Source of the DNA: an uncultured Acidobacteriota bacterium
GTDB lineage: Bacteria; Actinomycetota; Acidimicrobiia; Spongiisociales; ZC4RG35
Assembly (NCBI GenBank): GCA_963724825.1
Contig: CAVRWT010000005.1
Location: 84,403-148,402 of the forward strand
Length of the DNA: 64,000 nucleotides
Direction: 5' to 3'
Positions 42,533-50,747 of the stretch are shown here, piece after piece. The translations under genes and the position numbers were made by a program. The stretch's first letter is position 1, and every line of letters begins with the position of its first letter. Under the pieces are notes generated by a model. That model was not told the DNA's origin. It did no database searches and saw only the letters and a list, made by a program, of their open reading frames with translations.

Positions 42533-43081
42533 ATGGCAACGATCGCGATCGTGGGTGACGGTCCGGGTGGTCTCTCCGCAGGCCTGTTCCTGGCGAAGAA
42601 CGGGCACGAGGTGACGATCTACGGGACCGACACGACCGCGATGAACTATGCGGAGCTCCACAATTACCTGGGGATCCCCGAGATCGCGGGAACCTCGTTC
42701 CAGCGGGTGGCCAAGCGCCAGGTCGCCGGCTTCGGCGCCACTCTCATCGAGGAAGAGGTCCTCTCGGTCGGAATCGACGACGGCTTTGTCGTCACCACCG
42801 AGTCGGGCTCGATGACGGCTGACTACCTCATCCTCAGCGAGGGCAAGAACCCGGTCCTCGCCCGATCGCTGGGGTTGGCCGAGGACGGCACCGGCGCCAT
42901 CCAGGCCGACCGCGATTACAAGTCATCCGTCGATGGCGTCTACGTGGTCGGAAGATCGGCGCGACCCGAGCGGAGCCAGGCGATCATCTCGGCTGGGGCG
43001 GGCGCCACGGCCGCATTGGACATCCTGGCGCTCGAAGCCGGCAAGAACGTCCAGGACTGGGACTCCCCGGCGAAGGACTAG
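42533..43081 (+). CDS. FAD-dependent oxidoreductase, short thioredoxin-reductase-like protein lacking the NADPH domain
   Basis: 182 aa. IAIVGDGPGGLSAG (FAD GxGxxG) and C-terminal GVYVVGRS...AISAGAGATAA. No central NAD(P)H-binding domain and no CxxC. Confidence 0.7.
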   Translation: MATIAIVGDGPGGLSAGLFLAKNGHEVTIYGTDTTAMNYAELHNYLGIPEIAGTSFQRVAKRQVAGFGATLIEEEVLSVGIDDGFVVTTESGSMTADYLILSEGKNPVLARSLGLAEDGTGAIQADRDYKSSVDGVYVVGRSARPERSQAIISAGAGATAALDILALEAGKNVQDWDSPAKD

Positions 43082-43138
43082 CCAGTCCCGGCTCTCCCCG
43101 ATCAAGATTCAGGCTCGAGAGGCCGATCTATTGGGGAA

Positions 43139-44263
43139 ATGGACACACCTGTGGACCGACTCCAGGGTGAAATCGAAGCTCTCGTTTCGGCGGCCTCGGT
43201 CCCGATGCTGATCGCCGACTACTCCCCGATAATTGCCCGGTACGCAGGTCTCGATGTGTCCGAGATCGCCGACCGACTCGGGGACGAGGCGGAATTGACG
43301 GAGTGTCTGCGCCTTCCAGTCCAGCTCGTGGCCAGCGACGAATGGGCGATGCTCTACGGGTTTCCCTTCGAAGATCAGGTCCCTGACCTGTTGACACGGC
43401 ACTTCTCGGCGGACGGCTATCCCGAGCTTCGGATCGCCCTGATCGCCCAATTCCTCGCCCCATTCCAGGGGGTGACCTCGATCAAGAGCGAGCATCGCGC
43501 TCCGACTCTGGCCGGTGATGTGATGGTCCGCTCCCACTGGCAGGCCTCGTTGTCAAACGGCCAACCCGATTACTCGCGGGTCGTCATCGTCGACCTCGAC
43601 GTGAGCGAATGGCGGGCAACCGAGCGATCCCTCATGGAGGTCGTCGGCGCCAAGGAGCGTCTGATGGCGGTCATCGCCCACGAGTTGCGCAACCCCCTCG
43701 CTGCGGTGGTTGGCTTCAACTCGATCCTCACCTCGGACTGGGAGGCGCTCGATGACGACGCCCGATACGAGATGGTCACCGAGATCGGCCTCCAACTCGG
43801 CGATGTCTGCACCCTGCTCGACGATTTCCTGGTCGGAAGCCAGGAGGCGATCCGGGTCGCACTTCAGGATGTGGCCCTGGCTGAGATCTTCGACAGTGTC
43901 GACCTCATAGGCGTGAGTGCAGAGATCGACCCGGCCTTGATCGTTCGCGGCGATCCGGTCCGGATTCGCCAGATCATGCGAAACCTCCTCCGCAACGCCT
44001 TGCGATACGGGGGCCCCCACATCCGCCTCGGCGCCCACAAAGAGGCGGGCCGGGTGGCGATCCTGGTGCTCGATGACGGCCCCGGGGTGTCTGCCGAAAT
44101 CGTGGACAATCTCTTCGAGCCGTTCGTCCATGGCGACAGCGTGGGGTCTCTGGGGCTCGGGCTCTCGGTCTCCCGTGGGCTGGCGAGGCAAATGGGTGGC
44201 GACGTCACCTATTTCCGCCACGGCCCATGGACCGTCTTCGAACTGGAGTTGGACGCCGGCTGA
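43139..44263 (+). CDS. Sensor histidine kinase (soluble, PAS-like N-terminus)
   Basis: 374 aa. H-box AVIAHELRNPL, N-box RNLLRNALRYG and G-boxes DDGPGV / GLGLSVSRGLA. No TM helices and no adjacent response regulator. Confidence 0.85.
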   Translation: MDTPVDRLQGEIEALVSAASVPMLIADYSPIIARYAGLDVSEIADRLGDEAELTECLRLPVQLVASDEWAMLYGFPFEDQVPDLLTRHFSADGYPELRIALIAQFLAPFQGVTSIKSEHRAPTLAGDVMVRSHWQASLSNGQPDYSRVVIVDLDVSEWRATERSLMEVVGAKERLMAVIAHELRNPLAAVVGFNSILTSDWEALDDDARYEMVTEIGLQLGDVCTLLDDFLVGSQEAIRVALQDVALAEIFDSVDLIGVSAEIDPALIVRGDPVRIRQIMRNLLRNALRYGGPHIRLGAHKEAGRVAILVLDDGPGVSAEIVDNLFEPFVHGDSVGSLGLGLSVSRGLARQMGGDVTYFRHGPWTVFELELDAG

Positions 44264-44269
44264 CCCGGT

Positions 44270-45683
44270 CTAGGTCACGGCATCGCGGACTGCCCTGATC
44301 CGCTCGAGAGCACCCGCTTGCCCGGTCCCCGGCTCGACCATCGGTCCCCGGAGGGTCGCCCATTGCTCGGCGATGTCAGAGCACGAAGCTCCGGTCAGCA
44401 TCGAGGCCGCCTGGATGGCCGCCCCCAGGGCCACCGGTTCATCGGTGTCCGGTACCAGCAGAGCCCGCTGAGACATGTCGGCCATGACCCTCTGCCAGGC
44501 TTTTCCCCTGGCTCCACCGCCGATGAGGATCAGCGGTGCGTCGGCCGGTATTCCTGAACCTGCCGTTGAGATGGCCGACATCGCCTCGAGTAACGAGGCG
44601 GCGGCTCCCTGATAGGCGGCGAGCAGTATCTCCTCGGGGCGAGTGGTGTGACGGAGGCCATGGATGCTTCCCGCTGCCTCGGGAAGATTCGGAGTCCGCT
44701 CGCCATCGAGATAGGGCAGAACCACAACCTCGGTGTCGTCGGCTATCTGCTCCCGATCCAGGCCGAGCCAGGCGGCAAAACGATCCACCGCCAGGGTGCA
44801 GTTGAGAGTCGCGGCGAGCGGGAGAAATCCCTTGTCGGCGGTGGCGAACCCGGCCACCACCCCGGTGGGATCGACGATTCTGCTCTCGGACACCGCATAG
44901 ATCGTGCCCGAAGTCCCCAGGCTCACGACAGGGTGCCCGGGTCGCAGCCCGAGCCCGAGAGCCGCCCCCATGTTGTCGCCAGTCCCCCCTGCCAACGGAG
45001 TGCCCGCCGGCACGCCGGTCGCAGCGGAGGCTTCCTCGGTGACCGTCCCGGCCGACTCCCCAGGTGGGACGATGCTCGGGAGCAATGCCCCGTCGAGGCC
45101 GGCCAGACCGAGGGCCTCTGCCGAGTACTGCTCGGTGGCGGAGGACCACCACCCCGTGCCCTGAGGCGTCACCCCGATCGGTGGCGGCAGACCCGGTGAG
45201 CCGGAAGTTCATGTAGTCGTGGGGAAGCATGACCCGACGCGCCGCCTCGGCGATCGCAGGCTCGTTCTCGGTCAGCCAAACCCACTTCGTGATCGTGAAC
45301 GAGGCCACCGGCACCACCCCGATCCGATCGGCCCAGGCCTCGGCGCCCCATTGCTCCTTCAGTTGTTGGGCTTGAGCCGCGGAGCGGACGTCGTTCCACA
45401 ACATTGCGGGGCGGAGCGGCTCGTCTTGACCGTCGAGAACCACCAGGCCGTGCTGCTGGCCTCCGATCGACAGGGCCGTGATCTCGGCAGCCATCCCGGT
45501 CGCTGACATCGCCTGGCCAAGGGCGTCCCACCAGACTCTCGGATCTGTCTCCCGGGCACCCCCGGTCCCGCTGACTTCATGGTTGGCCCGGCCCGACGCC
45601 ACGATTTCCCCGGTGTCGACCTCGACCACCAGCACCTTGGTGGATTGGGTGGAGCAATCCACCCCGGCGACCAAGCCCGCCAT
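44270..45683 (-). pseudogene. xylB: Xylulokinase (FGGY family), frameshifted
   Basis: The N-terminal part MAGLVAGVDCSTQSTKVLVV...DRGDASG (inside track ORF 44439..46280) is followed in another frame by TGWWSSATEQYSAEAL... (ORF 44270..45172). Junction at the CCC run 45159-45161. Confidence 0.85.
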
Positions 45684-46676
45684 CAGGTGACCAGAGCGTT
45701 GGCGACGATCCGTTCCATCACCACGAGGTTGGCAACTGCATCCCGGGGGTCGGTCGGAACCGGGGTGTCGTCGCGGATCGCCCGCGAGAATCCATCGGCT
45801 TGGATCCCGTACTGGTCGGCAGCAGGGAATTCGTGGACCTGGATCTGCGGGGCAACCGGCGGGTCCCCACCTGCGATGTGGAGCAGGCGAGTCGGGCGGT
45901 CGGGCGGGATGTTGAACGGGATCTCGACTTCGATGCGGCCTTCGGTCCCGACAATCGAGACACTCTGCTTGTCTTCGATCTGCGTCGAACAGGTGAAGGT
46001 CGCATGACGCCCTCCGAAGTCGAGCACGGCGGACGTGACCGCGTCGGTGCCGAAGTCGGGATCGCGGAGGATGGAGGACTTGACCGCGGTCGGCTCGGCG
46101 CCGAAGAGCAATCGGGCCACATTCACCGGGTAGCACCCGACGTCCATCAACGCCCCACCACCAAAGTCGGCGATGTTCCGGATGTTGGACGGATCGACGT
46201 TTCGATATGAGAAGAAGGACTGGACGGCGACCAGGTCGCCGATCACCCCGGTGTCGACCATGCGTTTCGCTTCGACCCACAATGGGTGGAGGCGATACAT
46301 GAAGGCCTCCATGAACTTGACCCCGGCCCGATCGCAGGCCTCGATCATGTGCCGCGCCTGATCGCTGCTCATCGCCACCGGCTTCTCACAGAGGACGTGC
46401 TTGCCGGCCTCGGCCGCCTTCTCGGTCCACTCGGCGTGGAGATGGTTGGGAAGCGGGATGTACACCGCCTCGATCTCCGGATCGGCGAGCAGCGCTTCAT
46501 AGGAGGGGTAGGCCTTTTCGATTCCCAGCGACGGCTGCCGCCTCCTCGGCCTTGCCTTCCGAACGGGATGCGATGGCACGAACCGGGCTCAACTCCGAGC
46601 CTTGCATGGCGGGAATCACCTTGTGCACCGCGATCCCGGCCACGCCGAGCACTCCCCAGGACACCGGCTCGGTCAT
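45683..46676 (-). pseudogene. Gfo/Idh/MocA family oxidoreductase, frameshifted near the 5' end
   Basis: The Rossmann N-terminus MTEPVSWGVLGVAGIAVHKVIPAM...SRSEGKAEEAAA (ATG 46674-46676) is in one frame. SLGIEKAYPSYEALLADPEIEAVYIPLPNHLH...CEKP... (ORF 45683..46579) is in another. Junction around 46529-46537. Confidence 0.85.
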
Positions 46677-46746
46677 TGCGAAGGCTCTCTTTCCTCGACA
46701 GTCGGAAGCCGGCAGGCTAACGAAACAACCCCTGCGAGAGAGAGTG

Positions 46747-47391
46747 CTAGACCGCGGGCGCCTCGACTGTCCCCGCCGAGCCCACCTCGGTGATGGTGGT
46801 GGTCACGTCGGCGAGGTCGGATCCCGACTGTGCCTGGTACCGGATCTGCGTCACCTGGCCGTCGGTCAGCGTGATGGTCACCCTGGTGCCTGCCACCGGG
46901 CCGGCCGCGGGGCCCAATGTGGCCAGGACCGCCAGGAGGCCGGCGTTGGAGGACTCGAGTGCGAAATCGCTGGCGTCGGTGAGACCGGCCAAGGGGGCGC
47001 CTGCCGGGGCCTCCCCTTCCAGAACTGCCCACTCATCGTCGGGACCGGTCACCCATTCGCCCTCAGGTGTCCTCACATACGAAACCTCAGAGGTGCCGGT
47101 GGTGATGGTTGCCGCAACCGATTCACCGTCCACGACTCCTGCAATCGTCGTGACCACCTGGTCCCCGACCGTCACCACCGACTCGAAGCGATAGTTGGGC
47201 GAGGTCGCGGCCAGGGCCGCCGCAAACTCTCCGGCGACGTCGATGGCCTGGGTTGAAGTGGTCGTGGCCGGAGCGGTAGAGGTTGTGGCGACCGTGGTCG
47301 TAGTTGCAACGAGGCTCGTCGAGGTGGCCACGCCCCCTGTAGTGGAGCACGCCACCACGAGGGCCAGAAGCGGCCGGAGGGCCCAGTTCAT
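46747..47391 (-). CDS. Hypothetical lipoprotein with Thr-rich linker
   Basis: Starts at MNWALRPLLALVVAC (lipobox; ATG 47389-47391), followed by a TTTTVATTSTAPATTTST linker and a beta-rich domain. Last gene of the ECF sigma operon. Confidence 0.65.
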   Translation of the reverse strand: MNWALRPLLALVVACSTTGGVATSTSLVATTTTVATTSTAPATTTSTQAIDVAGEFAAALAATSPNYRFESVVTVGDQVVTTIAGVVDGESVAATITTGTSEVSYVRTPEGEWVTGPDDEWAVLEGEAPAGAPLAGLTDASDFALESSNAGLLAVLATLGPAAGPVAGTRVTITLTDGQVTQIRYQAQSGSDLADVTTTITEVGSAGTVEAPAV

Positions 47392-47522
47392 GGGCCCTCC
47401 GACAGACTGGCGTGAGCCAGGTTTTTCAAACATTCGCCTCAGCCTTCTCCGTCATCATCGCCGCCACCGTGACGACCACCATCGTGTCGTCGCCGTCCTC
47501 GTGGTCACGTCGATTCTCACGG

Positions 47523-48353
47523 TCATGGTCCCGCTCCTCGTGGTCGCGCGAGTCCCAGTGACTTCCCTGACTCCTCGGCGGCGCCGACCTGGTTGTCATC
47601 GTCGTCACCATGGTCGCGGTCTCCGTCGCCCCAGCCGCATCGGACGTGGTTCTTGGAATCGAGGGTCACGGCCAATTTCACCTTCAGCACACCCTCGTCG
47701 TCGAGACGGGTCGAAGCCAGGAAGCTGACGCGGGCCTTGTTGTCTCCCGAGATCAGGGTGACCTTGATCCGGAACTTCGACTTCTCGTCGGAGGTCTTGA
47801 TCTTGGGCTCGCTGACCTCGGCGGTCACACCGTCGGGAAGCGTGATGTCACCAATGGTGATCGAGGGGACGTTGCCGTCGAAGGCCACCGTGTAGGGGAT
47901 GGTCACAACACCGGTACCAAACACATCTGCGGACCAGGATCCGGGCCCGGTCACGTCCGCGGTGGCATCCGCGGTGACGGTCGTCTTCACGCCGCCTGCG
48001 GTTGCGTCGTCGCCTTTGCCCTTCGAGTATGACTTGACGACCACCTGGGTGTCTCCGTCGGCGAGGAGGAACACGACTTTGTGGTCGCCCTCCTTGACGA
48101 TCGTGGCGCCGGACGGATCCAGGGCCACTTCGGTGATGACGCCGGCCGCGTCACGGGTCAGCGACACCGTGAGACCCGAGCCCAGCACCGGGAGCACCGA
48201 AGTCACCTGGGTAACCGGGGGGACGGGGGTCGTTGTGGTGGTTGTCTCTTCCGTGGTGTCGGTCTCGGCCTGGGCGATCCCGGGCAGGGTTGCCATGAGG
48301 GTCAGCACCAGGCCTGCGATGAGTGCCTTGGATCGGCCTCTGATTGTCAGCAT
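47523..48353 (-). CDS. Hypothetical secreted protein; the C-terminus probably continues to 47426 in another frame (Asp/His/Arg/Glu-rich tail)
   Basis: Signal peptide MLTIRGRSKALIAGLVLTLMATLPGIAQA. Body is beta-rich. The annotated end (SGKSLGLARPRGAGP) has A-rich third positions. The overlapping frame (ORF 47426..47611: HWDSRDHEERDHDRENRRDHEDGDD...) has GC-rich third positions. Confidence 0.6.
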   Translation of the reverse strand: MLTIRGRSKALIAGLVLTLMATLPGIAQAETDTTEETTTTTTPVPPVTQVTSVLPVLGSGLTVSLTRDAAGVITEVALDPSGATIVKEGDHKVVFLLADGDTQVVVKSYSKGKGDDATAGGVKTTVTADATADVTGPGSWSADVFGTGVVTIPYTVAFDGNVPSITIGDITLPDGVTAEVSEPKIKTSDEKSKFRIKVTLISGDNKARVSFLASTRLDDEGVLKVKLAVTLDSKNHVRCGWGDGDRDHGDDDDNQVGAAEESGKSLGLARPRGAGP

Positions 48354-48620
48354 TCGGTCTCCTTCTTTCGAGGGATGTTCAGTGGCGGTCAGTTCCGCCC
48401 CGTGGACGAGTCGTCGTCCGGAGATTCGTGGTCGTGTCGTTCCTCCTGTCGATCGCTTTCGTCGTGACCTCTGTGGTCGGAGTCGTCGTCGCGGGCTTCA
48501 GACCACCTGTCCGCCCGCGATTCGCGATCCCGATCACGAAATTCGTCATGCCGGTCCCCGTCGTGGTCGCCGTCGGACCGGTCCACGTCCTGGTCGAACC
48601 CGGGAGGGGCTACGAATTCG

Positions 48621-49160
48621 TCACAGGCCGAATCGCGCTGCTTGCCTTCGAGGCCCCGTCCTCCGTCGGAGTCGCATGACAGCTGGTCGCTTCGTTCGCC
48701 TAACGGCCAGGAGGGGATGCTCTGAGGAAGGTTCTGCTTCGTTGACGGCAGGCGGTTCGACGGAATCTTCTGGTTCTTCAGGCATCGCCTCGGCGGCCGC
48801 CGGTTGACTCCAGGTGTCGACCTCGGGGTGGTCGACCGGTGCCGGATCGGAGAGCCGGGCATGGGGATAGGGAACTGAGATGGGCAGCGGCAGGACGCGT
48901 GCGGCGTCGGCTACCGCGGTCTGAATCGGATCGGGCAGCCCTCCGGCCATGGCAACACCACCGGTGCCCAGGGCTGTGACCATTGCCGTGGCAGCTGCAA
49001 CCCAGCGCAATGTCCTCGAGCCGCTCACCAGCCCTCGGGCTGTGGCGGCGGCAATTGAGATGTGCCGTGAAGCAGTCACCTCGTCCGGCGCTACGGCCAG
49101 CTCGTCGACGAGCGCGGTCAGGAACCCTGCGACGTCGCGACTCTCTCCTGGGCGGTCCAT
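48621..49160 (-). CDS. Putative anti-sigma factor (single TM); the ectodomain probably continues to 48389 in another frame
   Basis: Lies 30 nt downstream of the ECF sigma gene. One TM helix (LRWVAAATAMVTALGTGGVAMAGG). After ...NEAEPSSEHP the frame turns Arg-rich and junk-like. The overlapping frame (ORF 48389..48862) reads SWPLGERSDQLSCDSDGG...DGDHDGDRHDEFRDRDRE...DHRGHDESDRQEERHDHESPDDD. Confidence 0.55.
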   Translation of the reverse strand: MDRPGESRDVAGFLTALVDELAVAPDEVTASRHISIAAATARGLVSGSRTLRWVAAATAMVTALGTGGVAMAGGLPDPIQTAVADAARVLPLPISVPYPHARLSDPAPVDHPEVDTWSQPAAAEAMPEEPEDSVEPPAVNEAEPSSEHPLLAVRRTKRPAVMRLRRRTGPRRQAARFGL

Positions 49161-49190
49161 GCCAGGGAATCGTTGGGGAGCACTGAATCC

Positions 49191-49753
49191 TTACGGCGCC
49201 TCGAGGAGCTCCCGCACAGCCTCGGTGGCCCGGTGTTGCAGCTGTTCCACGGCCCCCGTGCTGCGACCGGTGATCTCTCCGATCTCCCGTGAGGTCCAGC
49301 CGCCCAAGGCGCGGAGGACCAGAACCTCCGCTTGGTCGTCGGTCAGCTGGCCCAGGATCTCGAGCAGGTCGTCGAGCGCGACCAAGGCCAAAGCTTCGTG
49401 CTCGACGTCGCCTCCGGCGGGCGAAAGCTCATGGATTGACCGAGTCCAAGGGCTCTTCGGAGCGGCGCGCGAGCCGACGGATTTCGTCAACACGACGGGC
49501 CCGCGCAATCGTGAACACGAGGGCCCGGAAGCCTTTGGCGTTGCCCTTGAAGTCCTTGACGCCACGAGCCAGATCGAGGAAGACGTCACCGAGCACGTCG
49601 TCAGGGTCGGGCAAGCCGCTGGAACGGAGAAAGCCAAGGATCTGGGGGGCGAGCCAGTCGTAGAGCGCCTCGCCAGGCGGCCTCGTCCCCGGTGCGCGCG
49701 GCCCGAAGATACGAGGAGAATTCCCGATCCGTGAGGCTTGGGATTGGGGGCAC
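49191..49753 (-). pseudogene. ECF-type RNA polymerase sigma-70 family factor with two frame changes
   Basis: Three pieces lie in three frames. (1) GTG 49751-49753 after AAGGAG: VPPIPSLTDREFSSYLRAARTGDEAAW. (2) Region 2: EALYDWLAPQILGFLRSSGLPDPDDVLGDVFLDLARGVKDF...ARARRVDEIRR. (3) Region 4: LLEILGQLTDDQAEVLVLRALGGWTSREIGEITGRSTGAVEQLQHRA. Confidence 0.8.
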
Positions 49754-49803
49754 TGGACTCCTTGGTCGGTCGAGCTGCGCTCGCTCGGCCTCCCAGGCCC
49801 GAT

Positions 49804-49836
49804 CTCATATGAGCACGAGACGCTGCCCAATGTCAA
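49804..49836 (-). promoter_or_regulatory. Candidate sigma-70-type promoter for the ECF operon
   Basis: On the minus strand, a perfect TTGACA (49831-49836) is followed 17-19 nt later by a TCATATG region (49804-49811). It lies about 50-80 nt upstream of the sigma start. The -10 match is weak. Confidence 0.3.
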
Positions 49837-49898
49837 GGGGCGGAAGCCGACACTCCCCTCTACCCAGGGGACCGCCGCGCCATACCCCGGAGCCGCCT

Positions 49899-50747
49899 CT
49901 ACAGCCCTTTGGGGTGCCAGACCGTCTTGGTCTCGGTGAAAGCTGCGATCCGATAGGGGCTTTGACCTGGCCCCTTCGTCGAGGGCAGCACCACTCGCTT
50001 CACGTTGTGGACTGCACCCTCCTGCACCCGGATCGCCTGTTCCGGGCTGGCACCTCCGGCGTCGATCGCGTTGACGTCCATGTGGTCGGCGAGCCAGGGG
50101 ATCAATTCGTCCTTGAGCCCGGTGAGGACATTGACCACGCCGCCGGGGACATCCGAGCTGTTCAAGACCTCGGTGAATGTGATCGCCGGCATCGGGTAGC
50201 GCTCAGAGGCGAGCACCACCGCGGTATTCCCGGGCACCAGAACCGGAGCGAGTCGCGACACCAGGCCGAGCAATGCCGGCTCCTCCGGTGCCACGACCCC
50301 GACGACGCCGGTGGGCTCCGGTGAGGAAATGTTGAAGAAAGGCCCGGCAACCGGATTCAGGTTGCCGTAGATCTGGGCGAACTTGTCGGCCCACCCCGCG
50401 TACCAGACCATGCGATCGATCGAGGCCGCCACCTCGGCGTCGGCAGCCTTGTTGGCCAGCCCGCCGGCATGGAGCTGCTCGACGAAGGTCCCCCGCCTGT
50501 CTTCGAGTGTCTCGGCGATCCGGTACATGACCTGGCCCCGGTTGTATCCGCTCGTCCCCGCCCAGCCCGGCGCTGCCTCCCGCGCAACCCGCACCGCATC
50601 TCTGAGGTCCTTGCGACTCCCCTGGGCCACCCGGGCCAGCACCTCCCCATCGCCGCCCAGTGCCGGATAGGAACGGCCCGACTCGGAACGGGGAAACTTG
50701 CCACCGATATAGAGCTTGTAGGTCTTACGGACGTCGAGACGGCTCAT
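49899..50747 (-). CDS. Aldehyde dehydrogenase-like protein lacking the catalytic domain
   Basis: 282 aa. The ALDH N-terminal/NAD-binding region (KTYKLYIGGKFPRSESG..., PWLADHMDVNAIDAGG) joins directly to a C-terminal ...FTETKTVWHP. No ELGGK motif and no catalytic Cys motif. ATGA start/stop overlap with the upstream ALDH. Confidence 0.8.
   Translation of the reverse strand: MSRLDVRKTYKLYIGGKFPRSESGRSYPALGGDGEVLARVAQGSRKDLRDAVRVAREAAPGWAGTSGYNRGQVMYRIAETLEDRRGTFVEQLHAGGLANKAADAEVAASIDRMVWYAGWADKFAQIYGNLNPVAGPFFNISSPEPTGVVGVVAPEEPALLGLVSRLAPVLVPGNTAVVLASERYPMPAITFTEVLNSSDVPGGVVNVLTGLKDELIPWLADHMDVNAIDAGGASPEQAIRVQEGAVHNVKRVVLPSTKGPGQSPYRIAAFTETKTVWHPKGL

Noticed and set aside
44439-46280. 613-aa ORF spanning xylB and the upstream oxidoreductase gene.
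   Set aside because: It is chimeric. Only the central segment (MAGLVAGVDCSTQSTK...DRGDASG) is real, and that is the xylB N-terminus. The flanks are out-of-frame readings of the xylB C-terminal half and of the Gfo/Idh/MocA gene.
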